Of a stretch of 64,000 nt of DNA, positions 1 to 15,000 are shown piece after piece (within the stretch, counting starts at the first letter, position 1; the number at the start of each line of letters is the position of its first letter). This DNA is from Eledone cirrhosa (lineage: Eukaryota). Where the stretch lies: positions 405,976,001 to 406,040,000 of the forward strand of contig OZ024741.1 in the NCBI GenBank assembly GCA_964016885.1. The letters are read 5' to 3'. The position numbers and the translations under genes were made by a program. The notes beneath the pieces were generated by a model. It had not been told where the DNA came from, did not search any database, and saw nothing but the letters and a program-made list of their open reading frames with translations.

Positions 1-3000
1 CTGGGAAGACTGGAACAGGTAGATGATACTAACAACTGGGAAGACTGGAACAGGTAGATGATACCAATAACTGGGAAGACTGGAACAGGTAGATGATACT
101 AACAACTGGGAAGACTGGAACAGGTAGATGATACCAACAACTGGGTAGACTGGAACAGGTAGATGATACTAACAACTGGGAAGACTGGAACAGGTAGATG
201 ATACTAACAACTGGGAAGACTGGAACAGGTAGATGATACTAACAACTGGGTAGACTGGAACAGGTAGATGATACTAACAACTGGGAAGACTGGAACAGGT
301 AGATGATACCAACAACTGGGAAGACTGGAACAGGTAGATGATACTAACAACTGGGAAGACTGGAACAGGTAAATGATACCAACAACTGGGAAGACTGGAA
401 CAGGTAGATGATACTAACAACTGGGAAGACTGGAACAGGTAGATAATACCAACAACCGGGAAGACTGGAACAGGTAGATGATACCAACAACTGGGAAGAC
501 TGGAACAGGTAGAAGATACTAACAACTGGGAAGACTGGAACAGGTAGATGATACTAACAACTGGGAAGACTGTAACAGGTAAGTGATACTAACAACTGGG
601 AAGACTGGAACAGGTAGATGATACTAACAACTGGGAAGACTGGAACAGGTAGATGATACTAACAACTGGGAAGACTGGAACAGGTAAATGATACTAAAAA
701 CTGGGAAGACTGGAACAGGTAAATGATACTAACTACTGGGAAGACCGGAACAGGTAAATGATACTAACAACTGGGAAGACTGGAACAGTTAAATGATACT
801 AACAACTGGGAAGACTGGAACAGGTAGATGATACTAACAACTGGGAAGACTGGAACAGGTAGATGATACTAACAACTGGGAAGACTGGAACACGTAAATG
901 ATACTAACAACTGGGAAGACTGGAACAGGTAGATGATACCAACAACTGGGAAGACTGGAACAGGTAGAAGATACTAACAACTGGGAAGACTGCAACAGGT
1001 AAATGATACCAACAACTGGGAAGACTGGAACAGGTAGATGATACTAACAACTGGGAAGACTGGAACCGGTAGATGATACCAATAACTGGGAAGACTGGAA
1101 CAGGTAGATGATACTAACAACTGGGAAGACTGGAACAGGTAGATGATACTAACAACTGGGAAGACTGGAACAGGTAGATGATACTAACAACTGGGTAGAC
1201 TGGAACAGGTAGATGATACTAACAACTGGGAAGACTGGAACAGATAGATGATACTAACAACTGGGAAGACTGGAACAGGTAGATGATACCAACCACTGGG
1301 AAGACTGGAACAGGTAGATGTTACTAACAACTGGGAAGACTGGAACAGATAGATGATACTAACAACTGGGAAGACTGGAACAGGTAGATGATACTAACAA
1401 CTGGGAAGACTGGAACAGGTAGATGATACTAACAACGGGGAAGACTGGAACAGGTAGATGATACCAACAACTGGGAAGACTGGAACAGGTAGATGATACC
1501 AACAACTGGGAAGACAGGAACAGGTAGAAGATACTAACAACTGGGAAGACTGGAATAGGTAAATGATACTAACAACTGGGAAGACTGTAACAGGTAAAGG
1601 ATACTAACAACTGGGAAGACTGGAACAGGTAGATGATACTAACAACTGGGAAGACTGGAACAGGTAGATGATACTAACGACTGGGAAGACTGGAACAGGT
1701 AGATGATACTAACAACTGGGAAGACTGGAACAGGTAGATGATACCAACAACTGGGAAGACTGGAACAGGTAAATGAAAATAACAACTGGGAAGACTGGAA
1801 CAGGTAGATGATACTAAAAACTGGGAAGACTGGAACAGGTAAATGATACTAACAACTGGGAAGACCGGAACAGGTAAATGATACTAACAACTGGGAAGAC
1901 TGGAACAGGTAAATGAAAATAACAACTGGGAAGACTGGAACAGGTAGATGATACTAACAACTGGGAAGACTGGAACAGGTAGATGATACTAACAACTGGG
2001 AAGACTGGAACAGGTAAATGATACTAACAACTGGGAAGACTGGAACAGGTAGAAGATACCAACAACTGGGAAGACTGGAACAGGTAGATGATACTAACAA
2101 CTGGGAAGACTGGAACAGGTAGATGATACCAACAACTGGGAAGACTGGAACAGGTAGATGATACTAACAACTGGGAAGACTGGAACAGGTAAATGATACC
2201 AACAACTGGGAAGACTGGAACAGGTAGATGATACCAACCACTGGGAAGACTGGAACAGGTAGATGATACCAACCACTGGGAAGACTGGAACAGGTAGATG
2301 ATACTAACAACTGGGAAGACTGGAACAGGTAGATGATACAAATAACTGGGAAGACTGGAACAGGTAGATGATACTAACAACTGGGAAGACTGGAACGGGT
2401 AGAAGATACCAACCACTGGGAAGACTGGAACAGGTAGATGATACTAACAACTGGGAAGACTGGAACAGATAGATGATACTAACAACTGGGAAGACTGGAA
2501 CAGGTAGATGATACTAACAACTGGGAAGACTGGAACAGGTAGATGATACTAACAACTGGGAAGACTGGAACAGGTAGATGATACTAACAACTGGGAAGAC
2601 TGGAACAGGTAGATGATACCAACAACTGGGAAGACTGGAACAGGTAGATGATACTAACAACTGGGAAGACTGGAACAGGTAAATGATACCAACAACTGGG
2701 AAGACTGGAACAGGTAAATGATACTAACAACTAGGAAGACTGGAACAGGTAAATGATACTAAAAACTGGGAAGACTGGAACAGGTAAATGATACTAACAA
2801 CTGGGAAGACTGGAACAGGTAAATGATACTAACAACTGGGAAGACTGGAACAGGTAAATGATACTAACAACTGGGAAGACTGGAACAGGTAGATGATACT
2901 AACAACTGGGAAGACTGGAACAGGTAGATGATACCAACAACTGGGAAGACTGGAACAGGTAGATGATACTAACAACTGGGAAGACTGGAACAGTTAAATG

Positions 3001-6000
3001 ATACCAACAACTGGGAAGACTGGAACAGGTAAATGATACTAACAACTAGGAAGACTGGAACAGGTAGATGATACTAACAACTGGGAAGACTGGAACAGGT
3101 AGATGATACTAACAACTGGGAAGACTGGAACAGGTAGATGATACTAACAACTGGGAAGACTGGAACAGGTAGATGATACTAACAACTGGGAAGACTGGAA
3201 CAGGTAGATGATACTAACAACTGGGTAGACTGGAACAGGTAGATGATACCAAACACTGGGAAGACTGGAACAGGTAGATGATACTAACTACTGGGAAGAC
3301 TGGAACAGGTAGAAGATACTAACAACTGGGAAGACTGGAACAGGTAGATGATACCAACCACTGGGAAGACTGGAACAGGTAGATGATACTAACTACTGGG
3401 AAGACTGGAACAGGTAGAAGATACTAACAACTGGGAAGACTGGAACAGGTAGAAGATACTAACCACTGGGAAGACTGGAACAGGCAGATGATACCAACAA
3501 CTGGGAAGACTGGAACAGGCAGATAATACTAACAACTGGGAAGACTGGAACAGGTAGATGATACTAACAACTGGGAAGACTGGAACAGGTAGATCATACT
3601 AACAACAAGGAAGACTGGAACAGGTAGATGATACTAAGAACTGGGAAGACTGAAACAGGTGGATGATACTAACAACTAGGAAGACTGGAACAGGTAGATG
3701 ATACTAACTACTGGGAAGACTAGAACAGATAGATGATACCAACCACTGGGAAGACTGGAACAGGTAGAAGATACTAACAACTGGGAAAACTGGAACAGGT
3801 AGATGATACTAACAACTAGGAAGACTGGAACAGGTAGATGATACTAACAACTGGGAAGACTGGAACAGGTAGATGATACTAACAACTAGGAAGACTGTAA
3901 CAGGTAGATGATACTAAAAACTGGGAAGACTGAAAAAGGTAGATGATACTAACAACTGGGAAGACTGAAACAGGTAGATGATACTAACAACTGGGAAGAC
4001 TGGAACAGGTAGATGATACTAACAACTGGGAAGACTGGAACATGCAGATGATACCAACAACTGGGAAGACTGGAACAGTTAGATGATACTAACAACTGGG
4101 CAGACTGGAACGGGTAGATGATACTAACAACTGGGAAGACTGGAACAGGTAGATGATACTAATAACTGGGAAGACTGGAACAGGTAGATGATACTAACAA
4201 CTGGAAAGACTGGAACAGGTAGAAGATACTAACAACTGGGAAGACTGGAACAGTTAGATGATACTAACAACTGGGCAGACTGGAACGGGTAGATGATACT
4301 AACAACTGGGAAGACTGGAACAGGTAGATGATACCAACAACTGGGAAGACTGGAACAGGTAGATGATACTAACTACTGGGAAGACTGGAACAGGTAGATG
4401 ATACTAACAACTGGAAAGACTGGAACAGGTAGAAGATACTAACAACTGGGAAGACTGGAACAGGTAGATGATACTAACAACTGGGCAGACTCGAACAGAT
4501 AGATGATACTAACTACTGGGAAGACTGGAACAGGTAGATGATACTAACAACTGGGAAGACTGGAACAGGTAGATGATACTAACAACTGGGAAGACTGGAA
4601 CAGGTTGAAGATACTAACAACTGGGAAGACTGGAACAGGTAGATGATACTAACAACTGGGAAGACTGGAACAGGTAGAAGATACTAACAACTGGGAAGAC
4701 TGGAACATGTAGAAGATACTAACAACTGGGAAGACTGGAACAGATAGATGATACTAACAACTGGGAAGACTGGATCAGGTAGATGATACTAACAACTGGG
4801 AAGACTGGAACAGGTAGATGATACTAACAACTGGAAAGACTGGAACAGGTAGATGAAACTAACAACTGGGAAGACTGGACAGGTAGATGATACCAACAAC
4901 TGGGAAGACTGGAACAGGTAGATGATACTAACAACTGGGAAGACTGGAACAGGTAGATGATACCAACCCCTGGGAAGACTGGAACAGGTAGAAGATACTA
5001 ACAACTGGGAAGACTGGAACAGGTAGATGATACTAACAACTGGGAAGACTGGAACAGGTAGATGATACTAACAACTGGGAAGACTGGAACAGGTAGATGA
5101 TACTATCAACTGGGAAGACTGGAACAGGTAGATGATACTAACAACTGGGAAGACTGGAACAGGTAGAAGATACTAACCACTGGGAAGACTGGATCAGGTA
5201 GATGATACTAACAACTGGGAAGACTGGAACAGGTAGATGATACTAACAACTGGAAAGACTGGAACAGGTGGATGATACTAACAACTGGGAAGACTGGAAC
5301 AGGTAGATGAAACTAACAACTGGGAAGACTGGAACAGGTAGATGATACTAACAACTGGGAAGACTGGAACAGGTAGCTGATACCAACCACTGGGAAGACT
5401 GGAACAGGTAGATGATACTAACAACTGGGAAGACTGGAACAGGTAGATGATACCAACAACTGGGAAGACTGGAACAGGTAGATGATACCAACAACTGGGA
5501 AGACTGGAACAGGTAGATGATACTAACAACTGGGAAGACTGGAACAGGTAGATGATACTAACAACTGGGAAGACTGGAACAGGTAGATGATACCAACAAC
5601 TGGGAAGACTGGAACAGGTAGATGATACCAACAACTGGGAAGACTGGAACAGGTAGATGATACTAACAACTGGGAAGACTGGAACAGGTAGATGATACCA
5701 ACAACTGGGAAGACTGGAACAGGTAGATGATACTAACAACTGGGAAGACTGGAACAGGTAGATGATACCAACCACTGGGAAGACTGGAACAGGTAGAAGA
5801 TACTAACAACTGGGAAGACTGGAACAGGTAGATGATCCTAACAACTGGGAAGACTGGAACAGGTAGATGATACCAACCACTGGGAAGACTGGAACAGGTA
5901 GAAGATACTAACAACTGGGAAGACTGGAAGAGATAGATGATACCAACAACTGGGAAGACTGGAACAGGTAGATGATACTAACAACTGGGAAGACTGGAAC

Positions 6001-9000
6001 AGGTAGATGATACTAACAACTGGGAAGACTGGAACAGGTAGATGATACTAACAACTGGGAAGACTGGAACAGGTAGATGATACTAACAACTGGGAAGACT
6101 GGAACAGGTAGATGATACTAACAACTGGGAAGACTGGAACAGGTAGAAGATACTAACAACTGGGAAGACTGGAACAGGTAGATGATACTAACAACTGGGA
6201 AGACTGCAACAGGTAGATGATACTAACAACTGGGAAGACTGGAACAGGTAGATGATACTAACAACTGGGAAGACTGGAACAGGTAGATGATACTAACAAC
6301 TGGGAAGACTGGAACAGGTAGATGATACTAACAACTGGGAAGACTGGAACAGGTAGATGATACTAACAACTGGGAAGACTGGAACAGGTAGATGATACTA
6401 ACAACTGGGAAGACTGGAACAGGTAGATGATACTAACAACTGGGAAGACTGGAACAGGTAGATGATACTAACAACTGGGAAGACTGGAACAGGTAGAAGA
6501 TACTAACAACTGGGAAGACTGGAACAGGTAGATGATACTAACAACTGGGAAGACTGCAACAGGTAGATGATACTAACAACTGGGAAGACTGGAACAGGTA
6601 GATGATACTAACAACTGGGAAGACTGGAACAGGTAGATGATACTAACAACTGGGAAGACTGGAACAGGTAGATGATACTAACAACTGGGAAGACTGGAAC
6701 AGGTAGAAGATACTAACCACTGGGAAGACTGGAACAGGTAGATGATACTAACAACTGGGAAGACTGGAACGGGTAGATGATACTAACAACTGGGAAGACT
6801 GGAACAGATAGATGATACTAACAACTGGGAAGACTGGAACAGGTAGATGAAACTAACAACTGGGAAGACTGGAACAGGTAGATGATACCAAAAACTGGGA
6901 AGACTGGAACAGGTAGATGGTACTAACAACTGGGAAGACTGGAACAGGTAGATGATACTAACAACTGGGAAGACTGGAACAGGTAGATGATACCAACAAC
7001 TGGGAAGACTGGAACAGGTAGATGATACCAACAACTGGGAAGACTGGAACAGGTAGATGATACTAACAACTGGGAAGACTGGAACAGGTAGATGATACCA
7101 ACCACTGGGAAGACTGGAACAGGTAGAAGATACTAACAACTGGGAAGACTGGAACAGGTAGATGATACCAACAACTGGGAAGAATGGAACAGGTAGATGA
7201 TACCAACAACTTGGAAGACTGGAACAGGTAGATGATACTAACAACTGGGAAGACTGGAACAGGTAGATGATACCAACAACTGGGAAGACTGGAACAGGTA
7301 GATGATACCAACAACTGGGAAGACTGGAACAGGTAGATGATACCAACAACTGGGAAGACTGGAACAGGTTGATGATACTAACAACTGGGAAGACTGGAAC
7401 AGGTAGATGATACCAACAACTGGGAAGACTGGAACAGGTAAATGATACCAACAACTGGGAAGACTGGAACATGTAGATGATACTAACAACTGGGAAGACT
7501 GGAACAGGTAGATGATACCAACAACTGGGAAGACTGGAACAGGTAGATGATACTAACAACTGGGAAGACTGGAACAGGTAGATGATACCAACAACTGGGA
7601 AGACTGGAACAGGTAGATGATACTAACAACTGGGAAGACTGGAACAGGTAGATGATACCAACCACTGGGAAGACTGGAACAGGTAGAAGATACTAACAAC
7701 TGGGAAGACTGGAACAGGTAGATGATACTAACAACTGGGAAGACTGGAACAGGTAGATGACACTAACAACTGGGAAGACTGGAACAGGTAGATGATACTA
7801 ACAACTGGGAAGGCTGGAACAGGTAGATGATACTAACAACTGGGAAGACTGGAACAGGTAGATGATACTAACAACTGGGAAGACTGGAACAGGTAGAAGA
7901 TACTAACCACTGGGAAGACTGGAACAGGTAGATGATACTAACAACTGGGAAGACTGGAACAGGTAGATGATACTAACAACTGGGAAGACTGGAACAGGTA
8001 GATGATACTAACAACTGGGAAGACTGGAACAGGTAGATGAAACTAACAACTGGGAAGACTGGAACAGGTAGATGATACCAACAACTGGGAAGACTGGAAC
8101 AGGTAGATGATACCAACAACTGGGAGGACTGGAACAGGTAGATGATACCAACAACTGGGAAGACTGGAACAGGTAGATGATACTAACAACTGGGAAGACT
8201 GGAACAGGTAGATGATACCAACAACTGGGAAGACTGGAACAGGTAGATGATACTAACAACTGGGAAGACTGGAACAGGTAGAAGATACTAACAACTGGGA
8301 AGACTGGAACAGGTAGATGATACTAACAACTGGGAAGACTGGAACAGGTAGATGATACTAACAACTGGGAAGACTGGAACAGGTAGATGATACTAACAAC
8401 TGGGAAGACTGGAACAGGTAGAAGATACTAACAACTGGGAAGACTGGAACAGGTAGAAGATACTAACAACAGGGAAGCCTGGAACAGGTAGATGATACTA
8501 ACAACTGGGAAGACTGGAACAGTTAGATAATACTAACAACTGGGAAGACTGGAACAGGTAGATGATACTAACAACTGGGAAGACTGGAACAGGTAGATGA
8601 TACTAACAACTGGGAAGACTGGAACAGGTAGATGATACTAACAACTGGGAAGACTGGAACAGGTAGAAGATACTAACAACTGGGAAGACTGGAACAGGTA
8701 GAAGATACTAACAACTGGGAAGACTGGAACAGGTAGATGATACTAACAACTGGGAAGGCTGGAACAGGTAGATGATACTAACAACTGGGAAGACTGGAAC
8801 AGGTAGGTGATACTAACAAGTGGGAAGACTGGAACAGTTAGTTAATACTAACAACTGGGAAGACTGGAACAGTTAGTTAATACTAACAACTGGGAAGACT
8901 GGAACAGGTAGATGATACTAACAACTGGGAAGACTGGAACAGGTAGATGATACCAACCACTGGGAAGACTGGAACAGGTAGATGATACTAACAACTGGGA

Positions 9001-12000
9001 AGACTGGAACAGGTAGATGATACCAACCACTGGGAAGACTGGAACAGGTAGATGATACTAACAACTGGGAAGACTGGAACAGGTAGAAGATACTAACAAC
9101 TGGGAAGACTGGAACAGGTAGATGATACTAACAACTGGGAAGACTGGTACAGGTAGATGATACCAACCACTGGGAAGACTGGTACAGGTAGATGATACCA
9201 ACCACTGGGAAGACTGGTACAGGTAGATGATACCAACCACTGGGAAGACTGGAACAGGTAGATGATACCAACAACTGGGAAGACTGGAACAGGTAGATGA
9301 TACTAACAACTGGGAAGACTGGAACAGGTAGATGATACCAACAACTGGGAAGACTGGAACAGGTAGATGATACTAACAACTGGGAAGACTGGAACAGGTA
9401 GATGATACTAACTACTGGGAAGACTGGAACAGGTAGAAGATACTAACAACTGGGAAGACTGGAACAGGTAGAAGATACTAACAAGTGGGAAGACTGGAAC
9501 AGGTAGATGATACTAACAACTGGGAAGACTGGAACAGGTAGAAGATACTAACAAGTGGGAAGACTGGAACAGGTAGATGATACTAACAACTGGGAAGACT
9601 GGAACAGGTAGAAGATACTAACAAGTGGGAAGACTGGAACAGGTAGATGATACTAACAACTGGGAAGACTGGAACAGGTAGATGATACTAACAACTGGGA
9701 AGACTGGAACAGGTTGATGATACTACAAGTGGGAAGACTGGAACAGGTAGATGATACCAACCACTGGGAAGACTGGAACAGGTAGATGATACCAACAACT
9801 GGGAAGACTGGAACAGGTAGATGATACTAACAAGTGGGAAGACTGGAACAGGTAGATGATACTAATAACTGGGAAGACTGGAACAGGTAGAAGATACTAA
9901 CAACTGGGAAGACTGGAACAGGGAGATGATACCAACAACTGGGAAGACTGGAACAGATAGATGATACTAACAACTGGGAAGACTGGAACAGGTAGATGAT
10001 ACTAAAAACTGGGAAGACTGGAACAGGTAGATGATACTAACAACTGGGAAGACTGGAACAGGTAGAAGATACTAACAACTGGGAAGACTAGAACAGGTAG
10101 ATGATACTAACAACTGGGAAGACTGGAACAGGTAGAATATACCAACTACTGGGAAGACTGGAACAGGTAGATGATACCAACAACTGGGAAGACTGAAACA
10201 GGTAGATGATACCAACAACTGGGAAGACTGGAACAGGTAGATGATACCAACAACTGGGAAGACTGGAACAGGTAGATGATACCAACAACTGGGATGACTG
10301 AAACAGGTAGATGATACCAACAACTGGGAAGACTGGAACAGGTAGATGATACCAACAACTGGGAAGACTGGAACAGGTAAATGATACTAACAACTGGGAA
10401 GACTGGAACAGGTAGATGATACCAACAACTGGGAAGACTGGAACAGGTAGATGATACTAATAACTGGGAAGACTGAACAGGTAGAAGATACTAACAACTG
10501 GAAGACTGGAACAGGTAGATGATACCAACAACTGGGAAGACTGGAACAGATAGATGATACTAACAACTGGGAAGACTGGAACAGGTAGATGTACTAACAA
10601 CTGGGAAGACTGGAACAGGTAGATGATACCAACCACTGGGAAGACTGGAACAGGTAGATGATACTAACACTGGAAGACTGGAACAGGTAGAAGATACTAA
10701 CAACTGGGAAGACTGGAACAGGTAGATGATACTAACAACTGGGAAGACTGGTACAGGTAGATGATACCAACCACTGGGAAGACTGGTACAGGTAGATGAT
10801 ACCAACCACTGGGAAGACTGGAACAGGTAGATGATACCAACAACTGGGAAGACTGGTACAGGTAGATGATACCAACCACTGGGAAGACTGGAACAGGTAG
10901 ATGATACTAACAACTGGGAAGACTGGAACAGGTAGATGATACTAACTACTGGGAAGACTGGAACAGGTAGAAGATACTAACAACTGGGAAGACTGGAACA
11001 GGTAGAAGATACTAACAAGTGGGAAGACTGGAACAGGTAGATGATACTAACAACTGGGAAGACTGGAACAGGTTGATGATACTACAAGTGGGAAGACTGG
11101 AACAGGTAGAAGATACTAACAACTGGGAAGACTGGAACTGGTAGATGATACTAACAACTGGGAAGACTGGAACAGGTAGATTATACTAACAACTGGGAAG
11201 ACTGGAACAGGTTGATGATACTACAAGTGGGAAGACTGGAACAGGTAGATGATACTAACAACTGGGAAGACTGGAACAGATAGATGATACTAACAAGTGG
11301 GAAGACTGGAACAGGTAGATGATACTAACAACTGGGAAGACTGGAACAGGTAGAAGATACTAACAACTGGGAAGACTGGAACAGGTAGATGATACCAACC
11401 GCTGGGAAGACTGGAACAGGTAGATGATACTAACAACTGGGAAGACTTGAACAGGTAGATGATACCAACAACTGGGAAGACTGGAACAGGTAGATGATAC
11501 TAACAACTGGGAAGACTGGAACAGGTAGATGATACTAACAACTGGGAAGACTGGAACAGGTAGAAGATACTAACAACTGGGAAGACTAGAACAGGTAGAT
11601 GATACTAACAACTGGGAAGACTGGAACAGGTAGATGATACTAACAACTGGGAAGACTTGAACAGGTAGATGATACCAACTACTGGGAAGACTGGAACAGG
11701 TAGATGATACCAACAACTGGGAAGACTGGAACAGGTAGATGATACCAACTACTGGGAAGACTGGAACAGGTAGATGATACCAACAACTGGGAAGACTGGA
11801 ACAGGTAGATGATACCAACAACTGGGAAGACTGGAACAGGTAGATGATACCAACAACTGGGAAGATTGGAACAGGTAGATGATACCAACAACTGGGAAGA
11901 CTGGAACAGGTAAATGATACTAACAACTGGGAAGACTGGAACAGGTAGATGATACCAACAACTGGGAAGACTGGAACAGGTAGATGATACTAATAACTGG

Positions 12001-15000
12001 GAAGACTGGAACAGGTAGAAGATACTAACAACTGGGAAGACTGGAACAGGTAGATGATACCAACAACTGGGAAGACTGGAACAGATAGATGATACTAACA
12101 ACTGGGAAGACTGGAACAGGTAGATGATACTAACAACTCGGAAGACTGGAACAGGTAGATGATACTAACAACTGGGAAGACTGGAACAGGTAGAAGATAC
12201 TAATAACTGGGAAGACTGGAACAGGTAGATGATACCAACAACTGGGAAGACTGGAAAAGGTAGATGATACTAACAACTGGGAAGACTGGAACAGGTAGAT
12301 GATACTAACAACTGGGAAGACTGGAACAGGTAGATGATACTAACAACTGGGAAGACTGGAACAGGTAGATGATACCAACAACTGGGAAGACTGGAACAGG
12401 TAGATGATACCAACAACTGGGAAGACTGAAACAGGTAGATGATACCAACAACTGGGAAGACTGGAACAGGTAGATGATACCAACAACTGGGAAGACTGGA
12501 ACAGGTAAATGATACTAACAACTGGGAAGACTGGAACAGGTAGATGATACCAACAACTGGGAAGACTGGAACAGGTAGATGATACTAATAACTGGGAAGA
12601 CTGGAACAGGTAGAAGATACTAACAACTGGGAAGACTGGAACAGGTAGATGATACCAACAACTGGGAAGACTGGAACAGATAGATGATACTAACAACTGG
12701 GAAGACTGGAACAGGTAGATGATACTAACAACTCGGAGACTGGAACAGGTAGATGATACTAACAACTGGGAAGACTGGAACAGGTAGAAGATACTAATAA
12801 CTGGGAAGACTGGAACAGGTAGATGATACCAACCACTGGGAAGACTGGAACAGGTAGATGATACCAAAAACTGGGAAGACTGGAACAGGTAGATGGTACT
12901 AACAACTGGGAAGACTGGAACAGGTAGATGATACTAACAACTGGGAAGACTGGAACAGGTAGATGATACCAACAACTGGGAAGACTGGAACAGGTAGATG
13001 ATACCAACAACTGGGAAGACTGGAACAGGTAGATGATACTAACAACTGGGAAGACTGGAACAGGTAGATGATACCAACCACTGGGAAGACTGGAACAGGT
13101 AGAAGATACTAACAACTGGGAAGACTGGAACAGGTAGATGATACCAACAACTGGGAAGAATGGAACAGGTAGATGATACCAACAACTTGGAAGACTGGAA
13201 CAGGTAGATGATACTAACAACTGGGAAGACTGGAACAGGTAGATGATACCAACAACTGGGAAGACTGGAACAGGTAGATGATACCAACAACTGGGAAGAC
13301 TGGAACAGGTAGATGATACCAACAACTGGGAAGACTGGAACAGGTAGATGATACTAACAACTGGGAAGACTGGAACAGGTAGATGATACCAACAACTGGG
13401 AAGACTGGAACAGGTAAATGATACCAACAACTGGGAAGACTGGAACATGTAGATGATACTAACAACTGGGAAGACTGGAACAGGTAGATGATACCAACAA
13501 CTGGGAAGACTGGAACAGGTAGATGATACTAACAACTGGGAAGACTGGAACAGGTAGATGATACCAACAACTGGGAAGACTGGAACAGGTAGATGATACT
13601 AACAACTGGGAAGACTGGAACAGGTAGATGATACCAACCACTGGGAAGACTGGAACAGGTAGAAGATACTAACAACTGGGAAGACTGGAACAGGTAGATG
13701 ATACTAACAACTGGGAAGACTGGAACAGGTAGATGACACTAACAACTGGGAAGACTGGAACAGGTAGATGATACTAACAACTGGGAAGGCTGGAACAGGT
13801 AGATGATACTAACAACTGGGAAGACTGGAACAGGTAGATGATACTAACAACTGGGAAGACTGGAACAGGTAGAAGATACTAACCACTGGGAAGACTGGAA
13901 CAGGTAGATGATACTAACAACTGGGAAGACTGGAACAGGTAGATGATACTAACAACTGGGAAGACTGGAACAGGTAGATGATACTAACAACTGGGAAGAC
14001 TGGAACAGGTAGATGAAACTAACAACTGGGAAGACTGGAACAGGTAGATGATACCAACAACTGGGAAGACTGGAACAGGTAGATGATACCAACAACTGGG
14101 AGGACTGGAACAGGTAGATGATACCAACAACTGGGAAGACTGGAACAGGTAGATGATACTAACAACTGGGAAGACTGGAACAGGTAGATGATACCAACAA
14201 CTGGGAAGACTGGAACAGGTAGATGATACTAACAACTGGGAAGACTGGAACAGGTAGAAGATACTAACAACTGGGAAGACTGGAACAGGTAGATGATACT
14301 AACAACTGGGAAGACTGGAACAGGTAGATGATACTAACAACTGGGAAGACTGGAACAGGTAGATGATACTAACAACTGGGAAGACTGGAACAGGTAGAAG
14401 ATACTAACAACTGGGAAGACTGGAACAGGTAGAAGATACTAACAACAGGGAAGACTGGAACAGGTAGATGATACTAACAACTGGGAAGACTGGAACAGTT
14501 AGATAATACTAACAACTGGGAAGACTGGAACAGGTAGATGATACTAACAACTGGGAAGACTGGAACAGGTAGATGATACTAACAACTGGGAAGACTGGAA
14601 CAGGTAGATGATACTAACAACTGGGAAGACTGGAACAGGTAGAAGATACTAACAACTGGGAAGACTGGAACAGGTAGAAGATACTAACAACTGGGAAGAC
14701 TGGAACAGGTAGATGATACTAACAACTGGGAAGGCTGGAACAGGTAGATGATACTAACAACTGGGAAGACTGGAACAGGTAGGTGATACTAACAAGTGGG
14801 AAGACTGGAACAGTTAGTTAATACTAACAACTGGGAAGACTGGAACAGTTAGTTAATACTAACAACTGGGAAGACTGGAACAGGTAGATGATACTAACAA
14901 CTGGGAAGACTGGAACAGGTAGATGATACCAACCACTGGGAAGACTGGAACAGGTAGATGATACTAACAACTGGGAAGACTGGAACAGGTAGATGATACT

